Part shown: positions 6,809-15,702 of the stretch, piece by piece
How positions within the stretch are numbered: the stretch's first letter is position 1
Layout: each line of letters starts with the position of its first letter
Source of the DNA: a bacterium
GTDB taxonomy: Bacteria > Krumholzibacteriota > Krumholzibacteriia > G020349025
Direction: 5' to 3'
DNA length: 33,995 bases
NCBI GenBank assembly: GCA_031362565.1
Contig: JANLSU010000021.1
Span: forward strand, 1 to 33,995
The notes under the pieces: generated by a model
Told to the model about the DNA's origin: nothing
Database searches by the model: none
The model's input: the letters and a program-made list of their open reading frames with translations, nothing else
Translations under genes and position numbers: made by a program

Positions 6809-8614
6809 TCAGGGCGTGCCGGCGCGTGACCCGCCGCCGGCGGCGAGCGCGGTTTGCATCCGCGTTAGCATGGGGTCCGCTGCGAGGAAGCCGGTGACCG
6901 TCAGGTCTTGCAAGATCGTGCCGTCGGGCCGCACGAAGGCGACCCACGGCAGGCCGCGAATCCCGTACTTCTGCATGAGAGCCTGCGTTTCAGGCGTGTT
7001 CTGCTTGGTCGCGTCGATGCGCACGGGCACGAAGCGGCGGGCGAGTTCGATGACCCGCGGATCGCTGAACGTGAAGCGCTCGAGTTCTTTGCAGGCGACG
7101 CACCAATCGGCACTGAAATCGATGAGCATCGGCTTCGATTCGGCGCGGGCGCGCTCGAGTCCTTGGCTTTCAGATGCGAGCCAGGGCGGATTGACGATCG
7201 CCCGGCCCTGCGATCCGGGGAGCCACGGCACGATCAGTCCGTAAAGGCCGGCAATGACGGCGGCGCGCCCGAGCGCTTTGCGCCAGCGTTTCGCGGTCGG
7301 CTCGCTCTCGATGATTTCGCGCCCGGCGCCGAGCCCCAGTCCCAAGACGACGAGCGCCGCGCCCACCGGCAGCAAGGCGCGTGTGTGCGGCAAGTGCGGG
7401 TGCAAGTAGTAGAGCGCGAGCGCCAGGAACACGAGCCCGAAGGCGATCTTGACGCGGATCATCCAGGCGCCGGATTTCGGCAAGCTCGTCAGCACGCCGG
7501 TAAATGTGCCGAGCACGATGAACAACAAGCCGAGCCCGAGCGCGAAGGTGAAAAAGAGCCCGAATCCGAGTGCCGCGCTGCCGGTCGCGGCCACATAGGC
7601 CAACATGGCGACGAGCACCGGGCCGACGCAGGGCGAGGCCACGACACCGGCAATGAGGCCGAACAAGAAAGCGCCCGGATAACCGTTGCCCTGAACGCTG
7701 TTCAATCGCCCCGCGAGCGCCGGCGGCACCTGCATCTCGAACGCGCCGAACAGGCTCATGGCCATGACGATGAAGATCCCCGCCACCCCCATCACGACGA
7801 ACTTGTTCTGCAACACGCTGCCAAAGAGCGAACCCGTGAGCGCCGCACTCGTGCCGAGCGCTGAGTACGTGACGGCGATGCCGAGCACATACAAGAGCGA
7901 CAGCGTGAAGCCCTTCGAACGCTTGCCGGCGCTCCGCGCGCCGATGATGCCGATGGTGATTGGAATCATCGGATACACGCACGGGGTGAAACTGGTCAGG
8001 ATGCCGGCCGTGAAGGCGAGCAGGAAGAGCCAGAAGAGGCCGCGGCTGGCGGCTTCGCGCAGCCGTTTTTCGGGGGTCGTCGGGCCGGCCGGGGCCGCGG
8101 GCGTGGCCGCCACCGCCGTCCCTCGCACCAAGTCGCCGCCTTGGCTGCCAAGGACGGTCAACCGGGCCACCAGCGTATCGCTCTGCGGGAAGTAGCAAAA
8201 CTTGCTCGAGCAGCCCTGGGTGCCGAACACGAGCCGGACGCTCGCCGACTGTTGAACGCGCAGCCGCGCCGCGAACTCGGTGTCGTGCTTGAAGACCTGC
8301 ACTTCCGCCTCGAGGAACGGGTCCATCTTGGTTTCCGGATGCGGCCGGTCGGTGCCGGCGAGTTCGACTCCGGGCACCGCCAAGACCTCGAGCGTCGTCC
8401 GCTCGTCGTAGATGTAGTGCCCCGCCGGCACATGCACCTGCACGCGGAGCGTCGCAATCGTGCCGGGGGAGAGAGTGTCGGCCGGGACTGCAAGCGTCGC
8501 GGTAAAGGGGGAGCGCACCGGGGCCGCGCTGCCGGCGTCGGCGAAGGGCGAATCGGCGGCCTTCGCGCCCGCCGCCAACAGAATGAGCAAGGCAACGATC
8601 CAGAGGCGGCGCAT
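6809..8614 (-). CDS. dsbD: Thiol:disulfide interchange protein DsbD
   Basis: Signal peptide; N-domain QGCSSKFCY; TM domain FTPCVYP and ASPCVGP, LPKSGAWM; C-terminal thioredoxin DFSADWCVACK. Confidence 0.95.
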   Translation of the reverse strand: MRRLWIVALLILLAAGAKAADSPFADAGSAAPVRSPFTATLAVPADTLSPGTIATLRVQVHVPAGHYIYDERTTLEVLAVPGVELAGTDRPHPETKMDPFLEAEVQVFKHDTEFAARLRVQQSASVRLVFGTQGCSSKFCYFPQSDTLVARLTVLGSQGGDLVRGTAVAATPAAPAGPTTPEKRLREAASRGLFWLFLLAFTAGILTSFTPCVYPMIPITIGIIGARSAGKRSKGFTLSLLYVLGIAVTYSALGTSAALTGSLFGSVLQNKFVVMGVAGIFIVMAMSLFGAFEMQVPPALAGRLNSVQGNGYPGAFLFGLIAGVVASPCVGPVLVAMLAYVAATGSAALGFGLFFTFALGLGLLFIVLGTFTGVLTSLPKSGAWMIRVKIAFGLVFLALALYYLHPHLPHTRALLPVGAALVVLGLGLGAGREIIESEPTAKRWRKALGRAAVIAGLYGLIVPWLPGSQGRAIVNPPWLASESQGLERARAESKPMLIDFSADWCVACKELERFTFSDPRVIELARRFVPVRIDATKQNTPETQALMQKYGIRGLPWVAFVRPDGTILQDLTVTGFLAADPMLTRMQTALAAGGGSRAGTP

Positions 8615-8807
8615 GCGGCTCCCTTCGAGGGGTAGGGCGGTGTCCCGAGTCACTTGAACCCGCGGCGCGGGACGGAGATTCCAAGCCCAGCGCCCAGACT
8701 ATCGGCCCCCGGCCTCGGGCGTCCAGTCACCTCGGCCCGGCCGGGCCGGTTTGTGTAACTATGTGTCGGCGCGTTATTTGTCCCAGCCCATTGGGGCCAG
8801 GCCCGGC

Positions 8808-8837
8808 TTGACGCTGTAGAGTGGATTTGGCATAACT
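8808..8837 (+). promoter_or_regulatory. Possible sigma70-type promoter for the uppS operon
   Basis: TTGACG at 8808-8813, 17-nt spacer, then CATAAC(T); the -10 match is imperfect. Confidence 0.35.
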
Positions 8838-8865
8838 AACCGTCTTGCCGGAGGGCCGGTCTGCC

Positions 8866-9630
8866 ATGGTGGTCGACACGCGCGTCGAAGTCCTCGAGTC
8901 CGAAGTGCGTGGCGCTGGGCGCTTGCCCCGGCACCTCGCCATTATCATGGACGGCAACGGCCGCTGGGCCAAACAGCGGCACTTGCCGCGCATCGCCGGA
9001 CACACGTCGAGCCGGGAGACCGTCCGCCGCGTCGTCCGCCTCTGCGCCCGCCTCGGCATTCCGACGCTGACGCTCTACACGTTCTCACAGGAAAACTGGA
9101 AGCGTCCGCAGCTCGAAGTGCGGGCGCTCATGAAACTGCTCGAAGAAGTCTTGCAGAGCGAATACCTCGAGCTTGCCGAGAACAACATTCGGCTGACCGC
9201 CATGGGTTCGGTGGACGCTCTCCCCGCGAGCACCCGCAAACACTTGCTGGAAACCATGCAGCGCTTGTCGGTGAACACGGGCATGATCCTCAACCTGGCG
9301 GTCTCCTACGGCGGACGGCGCGAGATCGCCGACGCCGCGCGGCGCGCCGCGGCCGATATTGTTGCGGGCCGCCTCCGTCCGGAGGATCTCGACGAGACGC
9401 GGTTCGCGACCTACCTCTACCGGCCCGAACTGCCAGAACCCGATTTCCTCATTCGCACCAGCGGCGAAAAACGCCTCAGCAACTTCTTGCTGTGGCAGCT
9501 TGCGTACACGGAGCTGTACTTCACCGACGTCCTCTGGCCCGATTTCTCGGAAGCGGACTTGCTCCTCGCGCTGCGGGATTTCCAGAGCCGCGAGCGGCGT
9601 TTTGGCGGCACCACACAGATCGAGCGGTGA
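8866..9630 (+). CDS. uppS: Undecaprenyl diphosphate synthase (cis-isoprenyl transferase)
   Basis: HLAIIMDGNGRWA, FSQENWKRP, YGGR, IRTSGEKRLSNFLLWQ and LWPDF motifs. Confidence 0.97.
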   Translation: MVVDTRVEVLESEVRGAGRLPRHLAIIMDGNGRWAKQRHLPRIAGHTSSRETVRRVVRLCARLGIPTLTLYTFSQENWKRPQLEVRALMKLLEEVLQSEYLELAENNIRLTAMGSVDALPASTRKHLLETMQRLSVNTGMILNLAVSYGGRREIADAARRAAADIVAGRLRPEDLDETRFATYLYRPELPEPDFLIRTSGEKRLSNFLLWQLAYTELYFTDVLWPDFSEADLLLALRDFQSRERRFGGTTQIER

Positions 9631-10514
9631 ACGTGAAGACACAGGTCCGCCTGGCGCCGGTCGCGGATGCGGCCCCGCCACGCAGCCGTTTCCGCGGCCT
9701 CGGATCCCGAGTCGCAGCGGCGCTGGTGTTTCTGCCGTGTTTCTTGATCATCGCCTGGCGCGGCGATGTGTACTTCGTGCTGTTGGTCAATTTCATCTCG
9801 GTCGCTGGGACGTTCGAATTCATCCGCATGCTCGAGGCCAAAGGACTGAAGCCGCAGCGCGTCGCGGCGCTCGTCGCGGCGTTCGTGTTGCCGTGGCTCG
9901 CCTTCTGGCGCGGCGGCATCTATATGGATTGCGGGCTGGCGATCCTCTTGGTGAGCGTGTTGACAACGGAACTCGTGCGGTCCACGGGGCAAGCCCTTGC
10001 CCAGGTTTCGGGAGCGGTGTTCGGCGTCATGTACGTGGCCTGGTTGTCGAGCCACTTGGTGGCGCTCCGCGAGCTGCCGTTGCAGGTCGGCCAGCCCTAC
10101 GGGCTTGGCTTCCGGGCGGTCGGACTCGTGTTCATCACCACGTGGATGGCCGATACCGGCGCCTATCTGGTCGGCTCGCTCGTCGGCCGTCACAAGCTCG
10201 CGCCGCGAATTTCGCCCGGGAAATCTGTCGAGGGTGCACTGGGTGGCTTGGCCGTCGCCATTGCTTCGGGCGCCGTTTATGCGCACCTTTGCATGCGCCA
10301 GGAAATGTCGATGGGCGCCGGCGCCTGGATCGGGGCGCTGGCAGCGGTAGCGGGGCTGGCAGGTGATTTGGCGGAGTCGCTCATGAAGCGCGATGCGGCG
10401 GTGAAGGACGCATCGGGAGCGATTCCCGGCCATGGCGGCGCGCTCGACCGCTTCGACAGTGTGCTCTTCACGGCGCCGTTGATATACTACGCCTTGCGTT
10501 TCGTCGTGCTCTGA
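9627..10514 (+). CDS. cdsA: Phosphatidate cytidylyltransferase
   Basis: Multi-TM; DTGAY, ISPGKSVEG and GDLAESLMKRDAAVKD...IPGHGGALDRFD signature; GTGA overlap with the uppS stop. Confidence 0.96.
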   Translation: MNVKTQVRLAPVADAAPPRSRFRGLGSRVAAALVFLPCFLIIAWRGDVYFVLLVNFISVAGTFEFIRMLEAKGLKPQRVAALVAAFVLPWLAFWRGGIYMDCGLAILLVSVLTTELVRSTGQALAQVSGAVFGVMYVAWLSSHLVALRELPLQVGQPYGLGFRAVGLVFITTWMADTGAYLVGSLVGRHKLAPRISPGKSVEGALGGLAVAIASGAVYAHLCMRQEMSMGAGAWIGALAAVAGLAGDLAESLMKRDAAVKDASGAIPGHGGALDRFDSVLFTAPLIYYALRFVVL

Positions 10515-10555
10515 AACGGTCTCCCGAACGCGTCCCGGTTCCTCATGGGTGGTTG

Positions 10556-11740
10556 ATGAAACGAATCGTCGTCTTGGGTTCGACCGGCTCGATCGGACGC
10601 CAAGCACTCGCGATTGCCGCCGACAATCCCGCCGCGCTCGCGGTGGTCGGCCTGGCTGCGGGCCGCAACGTGGAGTTGTTGCGGACGCAGCTCGAAGCGT
10701 TTCCGGCCGCGGTCTTTGCGGTTGCCGATCCGGCAGCGGGGGCGCGCCTTCTCGACGCGGTTCCCGCCTGGCGCGGCCGCTGTGTTGGGTTCGGGCCGGA
10801 GGCGGTCTGTGCGGTCGCACGTCTGGCGGCGGATGTGGTGTTGAACGGGTTGACGGGCTATGCCGGTTTGCGTCCGTCGCTCGCGGCGCTCGAGGCCGGA
10901 ACGCATTTGGCGCTCGCCAACAAGGAAAGCATGGTGGTCGCCGCCCACCTGATGCGCGCCGCCGCCCGGCGGAGCGGTGTGGAGATTCGTCCCGTGGACA
11001 GCGAGCACAGTGCGCTCGGGCAGTGCTTGCGCGCCGGCTCCACATCGGAAGTGCGGCGCCTGTTGCTGACTGCTTCCGGCGGCCCGTTTCGAACCTGGTC
11101 CCGCGACGCGCTCGCGCAAGCCACACTCGCCGATGCGCTGCGGCATCCGACGTGGTCCATGGGCGCCAAGATCACCATCGACTCCGCGACGCTCATGAAC
11201 AAGGGACTCGAAATCATCGAGGCGCATGGACTCTTCGGCGTCGAGTATGACGCCATCGACGTCGTCGTCCATCCGCAGTCCATCGTGCACTCGTTGGTCG
11301 AATTCGTGGATGGCTCGGTGGTGGCGCAACTCGGGACGCCGGACATGCGTCTTCCCATCTGGATCGCTTTGCACGCCCCGGAGCGCGTGGCCGCCGACTT
11401 TGGGCGTTTGGATCTGGCCCGGGCCGGCACCCTGACCTTCGAGCCCGTGGATCAGGAGCGTTTCCCGTGCGTCGGGCTGGCAGTGGCGGCGGGGCGGCGG
11501 GGCGGCACGTTTCCAGCCATTTTGAACGCCGCCAACGAAGTCGCGGTGGCGGCCTTCCTGGACGGCCGGATCCGCTACCTCGAGATCGCCGCCGCCGTCG
11601 GCGCCGTTCTGGAAGACGCGGCCGGCTGGGCGCCGGGCGGGGAACCGGACCTCGAAACCATCGCGGCCGCCGATACGCGGGCGCGGCATGAAACCCGCAC
11701 CAAGACACACGGGTCGGGCACGCCGGCGAGCATTGTCTAG
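10556..11740 (+). CDS. dxr: 1-deoxy-D-xylulose-5-phosphate reductoisomerase
   Basis: GSTGSIG, LANKES, PVDSEH, TASGGPFR, HPTWSMGAKITIDSATLMNKGLE and NAANE motifs. Confidence 0.97.
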   Translation: MKRIVVLGSTGSIGRQALAIAADNPAALAVVGLAAGRNVELLRTQLEAFPAAVFAVADPAAGARLLDAVPAWRGRCVGFGPEAVCAVARLAADVVLNGLTGYAGLRPSLAALEAGTHLALANKESMVVAAHLMRAAARRSGVEIRPVDSEHSALGQCLRAGSTSEVRRLLLTASGGPFRTWSRDALAQATLADALRHPTWSMGAKITIDSATLMNKGLEIIEAHGLFGVEYDAIDVVVHPQSIVHSLVEFVDGSVVAQLGTPDMRLPIWIALHAPERVAADFGRLDLARAGTLTFEPVDQERFPCVGLAVAAGRRGGTFPAILNAANEVAVAAFLDGRIRYLEIAAAVGAVLEDAAGWAPGGEPDLETIAAADTRARHETRTKTHGSGTPASIV

Positions 11741-11785
11741 ACCGTCGGCCCCTTTTTCGACCGGCGCGCTCGGGGCGCGAGGAGA

Positions 11786-13216
11786 ATGCACATGCTGACA
11801 ACGCTGCTCGCGGCCGTGATCGTCCTGGGGCCGGTCATCGTCATCCACGAACTGGGCCACTTCCTGGTCGCCAAGTTGTCCGGGATCTACGTCAAGACGT
11901 TCTCGGTGGGATTCGGTCCCAAGTTGCTGCGGCTGACGATCGGCGAAACGCAGTACGCGCTGTCGGCGATTCCGCTCGGCGGCTATGTGCGGATGGCCGG
12001 CGAGTCCGGCGCCGAACGGACGGCGTCAGCGCCCGACGCCCCGGGCGCCCACCTGGTCGATGTCGCCCCGGCGGAGAAGGCGAGTGGCGAAGCGGCGTTG
12101 TACCCGCGCGACGAAGTGAGTGACGACGACATTCCGCCGCATCGCTGGTTTCGCAACAAACCGATTCCGACCCGTCTCGCGGTCGTGACCGCCGGCCCCA
12201 TCGCCAATTTGGTGCTCGCTCTCGTGGTCATGACGAGCGTGCTGTGGCACGAAGGCATGGCGATTGCGCCGACCACCGTCATCGCCGGCGTGACCGACAC
12301 GAGCGAAGAATTCAAAGCCGGTTTGCGCAACGACGACAAGGTCATCGCGGTCGCCGGCGCGCCCGTCACGAACTCGCTGGAAGTCGAGACCGCACTCGCG
12401 GCGCGCGAGGCGGGGCCGTTGGAGCTGCGCATCGAGCGCGCCGGACGTGACACGACCCTCGTGCTCGCCGGGGTGCGGCGCGAAAAGGCGGCGATTGTTT
12501 TTCCGCGCTGGAGCTATCGTTTCGACTCGCGTATCGGACACGTGAAGCAAGAGGGTCCGGCGGCGCGGGCTGGAATTCTGCCGGGCGACCGCATCGTCGA
12601 AATCGACGGCCAACCGATTCGCTACTACGACGAGATTTCCGATCACATCAACCCGAACATCGGCAAAGCCGTAAGCGTCACCTGGGAACGCAACGGTGAG
12701 CGCCGCACGGCCAGCCTGACGCCCGAAGCCGAGGAAGTGCAGGCCAGCAAGAATTCGAACGACATCAAGAAGATCGGCCGCATTCAGATCGAACTTTTCA
12801 CCCTCACCGCGCCGGTGAGCCTGGGGCGGGCGTTTTCCGAAAGCGTCCAGCGGACCTGGGCGTTCTCGAGCGACACGCTGCACTTCTTGGGACAACTCGT
12901 GACCGGCCACGGTTCGCGTGACGCGGTCGGCGGCCCGATTCGCATCGGACAAGTCGCGGGTTCGGCACTGCGGTGGGGCTATTCGACGCTGTTCACCTTC
13001 ATGGCTTTCTTCAGCGTCAATCTCTTCCTGCTCAACTTGCTGCCGATTCCAGTGTTGGACGGCGGGCACGTGGTGTTCTTGCTCGTCGAGGCGGTGCGCG
13101 GCGAAGCCCTTTCACTGCGGGTGCAGGATCTCCTGCTCAAGGTCGGTGTGTCGGCGCTCATCGCCATCATGGGGTACGTGGTGGTTCTGGATTTTTGGCG
13201 GGTCCTGCATGGTTGA
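11786..13216 (+). CDS. rseP: RIP metalloprotease RseP (site-2 protease, two PDZ domains)
   Basis: HELGH, FSVGFG, PLGGYVRM, AGPIAN and NLLPIPVLDGGH motifs; canonical position after dxr. Confidence 0.96.
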   Translation: MHMLTTLLAAVIVLGPVIVIHELGHFLVAKLSGIYVKTFSVGFGPKLLRLTIGETQYALSAIPLGGYVRMAGESGAERTASAPDAPGAHLVDVAPAEKASGEAALYPRDEVSDDDIPPHRWFRNKPIPTRLAVVTAGPIANLVLALVVMTSVLWHEGMAIAPTTVIAGVTDTSEEFKAGLRNDDKVIAVAGAPVTNSLEVETALAAREAGPLELRIERAGRDTTLVLAGVRREKAAIVFPRWSYRFDSRIGHVKQEGPAARAGILPGDRIVEIDGQPIRYYDEISDHINPNIGKAVSVTWERNGERRTASLTPEAEEVQASKNSNDIKKIGRIQIELFTLTAPVSLGRAFSESVQRTWAFSSDTLHFLGQLVTGHGSRDAVGGPIRIGQVAGSALRWGYSTLFTFMAFFSVNLFLLNLLPIPVLDGGHVVFLLVEAVRGEALSLRVQDLLLKVGVSALIAIMGYVVVLDFWRVLHG

Positions 13217-13568
13217 GAGCCCCATCCAGGTGGCGCAGCGCCACCCGCGGTGAGGGTTCCTTCTCGAGTTCATGCAACCGTTTGGCGATCGTGTCGAAGA
13301 CCGTTTCCCAGCGTTCCGGATCGGCATCGAGACCGGCGAGCGCGGCGCGCACCGCGGTCGAATCGTAGCTCGCCGCCAGACGATCGAGCGCCGGACCGAC
13401 CGAATCGGGTTCGTCGGCGCGCCAGGCCTCGAGGACCGAGATGCGGACGTACGCGTCCACGAGCGCCCGCTCTTGCGGCGTGAGCGATGGGCCGGACTCC
13501 GATCCTGGACCACATCCGGCAACCGCGATCCAGACGCTGAGCACGAGGGTCAACCGACGCACGAACAA
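13167..13568 (-). CDS. Hypothetical small helical lipoprotein
   Basis: GGAGG at 13579-13583 before TTG/GTG starts; RR plus hydrophobic stretch and lipobox-like VAG-C; helical mature region; fills the gap between rseP and the Omp85 gene. Confidence 0.7.
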   Translation of the reverse strand: MFVRRLTLVLSVWIAVAGCGPGSESGPSLTPQERALVDAYVRISVLEAWRADEPDSVGPALDRLAASYDSTAVRAALAGLDADPERWETVFDTIAKRLHELEKEPSPRVALRHLDGALNHAGPAKNPEPPRTP

Positions 13569-13689
13569 GGGTTTGACACCTCCGGGACCGGCGAGCTTCG
13601 AGGTTGCGGCACCTCCAGCCGATACCCTAGTGTCTAGCGCGGGTGCGGGCAAGCGGCGAGCGTCCGGCACGAGCGGACCGGGGGCACAG

Positions 13690-15663
13690 GTGCCGGGACT
13701 GGGCCGATGGAGCATTACACTCACCCTGATGTGCGGGCTGATTCTGGGCGCCGCATTTCCGGTGTTCGCTGACGAATTCGACCGCGACCTGCCCCGGATC
13801 GACAAACCCCAATTCCACGGCAACAAGACGTTCAGCGCCGACGATCTCCTCGCCGGATCGTTCCTCAGGTTGCGGCCTTTTTGGCAGCCCTGGGCGGGCA
13901 GCACACCCTATCGCAAGAATACCTTCGCCAAGGAACTCCGGCGCATCGAGGAAGTGTACCGGGCGCGCGGTTTCGGGAGTGCCTCGGTGCACCTCGACTC
14001 TGTGGTGGTGACCGGTCCGCATCGCGTCAAACCGGTGGTCGGGGTTCACGAGGGGCCACGGACCCGGATCCGCGAAGTCCGTTTCTTGCCGCAAGACGTT
14101 TTCAGTCTCGACGAGCTGCGGTCCCTCATGCCGTTTCACGACGGGGATCCCTATCCTTTCAGCGTTCAAGTTCAGGGTCGCGCCACGCTGGCGTTGCGGC
14201 TCGCTTTCCTGTCCCGCGGCTACCTCGGAATCGTCGTTCAGGACAGCACGGCGCTGAGCGCCGATTCCACCTCGGCGCTGGTCGTGTATCAGATGTCTCC
14301 CGGCGAGCGGTACTCGGTGCATTCGCTGCGCATCTCCGGCAACACGACCACGCGCCCGGAGCTGGTACGGCGCGAACTGCGCATCGATGCCGGTGACACG
14401 TACTCCTACGACAAGATCGCGCAGAGCCAGCGCAATCTCTACAGCACCGGATTGTTCAAGAGTGCGACGATCATCGAGGACAGTTTGGACGTCAGAACCC
14501 ACACGGTGGATCTTTCGGTGCGGGTCGCAGAACGCAAGATGGCGTACTGGGAGGCCGGCGTCGGTGTCGGACACCGTGATCAGTACGAGGCGCGCGCTTC
14601 CGCGGCCTGGGGCCACCGGAATCTTTTCGGACGCGGCCATGCGGTGGAACTGCGGAGCACGCTCGCCTACAACGTCGAGAAACGCGGCCGGAACTATTTC
14701 GCGGAACAACGCCTCGGCTATGCACAACCGCACTTCCTCGGTACGAACGTGCGCTTTTCTCCGGCGCTCTCGTACGTCATCGATCGTCGCGTCGACGACG
14801 TGCAACTGCGCGGGCCGAAATTCGAAGCTCCGGCTAGCCTCGACGTGTCGAAGTTCATCTCGGTGGCCGGAGTGTTGAGCGTGACGCAGACGACGACCGA
14901 AATCGCCGGACAAAAGGTCTTGCCGGGACAGGAGTTGCTCTCCGATCGCGAACTCCAGACCCGCGCCATCTCCGCCACCGTGACCCGTAAGGCCTCCGAC
15001 AACCCCTTCGACCCGCACCGGGGAAGCGTTGCGGCGGCGACCGTCCAGCGGGCCGGATTCGGTGGTGACAACCAGTTCACGAAGGGCTTCGGCAGCTACG
15101 GCCATTATCTGGCGTTCGGGAATTCGGTCCTGGCGCTTGGCGTGCGTGCCGGCTGGGTGGAGCCTTTCGGGGGCCGCCAGCTCAATATTGGAATTCGGGG
15201 CGTGCCATTCGAGTATCTGTTTCAGGCCGGCGGCGCCTCCAGCGTGCGCGGCTTCGATCTCAACTCTCTCGGCCCCGAGGTTTTACAGCGGATCCGCGAG
15301 ACGAATCCCGATGGGGGAGTGACGGCGTCCGTGAAGCCGACGCAGAGGCACGCCGGGACCATCCTCCTGGTGACCAACATCGAACTGCGCCGCCCTATGC
15401 CCTGGCTGCCGGCGCGCTGGAATCTCGGCTGGGCGGCGTTCGTGGATGCCGGCAACGTCTGGGAATCGACGGCGGAATTCCGCCGGGCGCGCTTTGGGCC
15501 GCGCGTGGAATCGCACGATTTCGAGATCACCGATGTGCGCTACGGCTGCGGACTCGGGGTGCGCTGGATGGCGCCGTTCGGCCCGATTCGCATGGATCTC
15601 GGTTTTCCGGCCAAGCCGCACTACAAGGGCAAAGTCGCGTTTGCAGTCGGTCACGCGTTCTAG
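13690..15663 (+). CDS. Omp85-family outer-membrane protein, TamA-like (3 POTRA domains plus beta-barrel)
   Basis: Signal peptide ending VFA-D; three POTRA-like repeats (YRARGF, LSRGY, LYSTGLF); HRNLFGRG barrel start, loop-6 SVRGF, PFGPIRMDLG and terminal Phe; directly upstream of a TamB gene. Start uncertain (13690 or 13729). Confidence 0.9.
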   Translation: MPGLGRWSITLTLMCGLILGAAFPVFADEFDRDLPRIDKPQFHGNKTFSADDLLAGSFLRLRPFWQPWAGSTPYRKNTFAKELRRIEEVYRARGFGSASVHLDSVVVTGPHRVKPVVGVHEGPRTRIREVRFLPQDVFSLDELRSLMPFHDGDPYPFSVQVQGRATLALRLAFLSRGYLGIVVQDSTALSADSTSALVVYQMSPGERYSVHSLRISGNTTTRPELVRRELRIDAGDTYSYDKIAQSQRNLYSTGLFKSATIIEDSLDVRTHTVDLSVRVAERKMAYWEAGVGVGHRDQYEARASAAWGHRNLFGRGHAVELRSTLAYNVEKRGRNYFAEQRLGYAQPHFLGTNVRFSPALSYVIDRRVDDVQLRGPKFEAPASLDVSKFISVAGVLSVTQTTTEIAGQKVLPGQELLSDRELQTRAISATVTRKASDNPFDPHRGSVAAATVQRAGFGGDNQFTKGFGSYGHYLAFGNSVLALGVRAGWVEPFGGRQLNIGIRGVPFEYLFQAGGASSVRGFDLNSLGPEVLQRIRETNPDGGVTASVKPTQRHAGTILLVTNIELRRPMPWLPARWNLGWAAFVDAGNVWESTAEFRRARFGPRVESHDFEITDVRYGCGLGVRWMAPFGPIRMDLGFPAKPHYKGKVAFAVGHAF

Positions 15664-15702
15664 GTGGCGTATTCTGCCTTGGGGCGGCGAGGGAGTTCGA
15701 AC

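Noticed and set aside
13690..15663. Calling the Omp85 gene bamA
   Set aside because: It has only three POTRA-like repeats and an adjacent TamB, which fits TamA-like better; symbol withheld.
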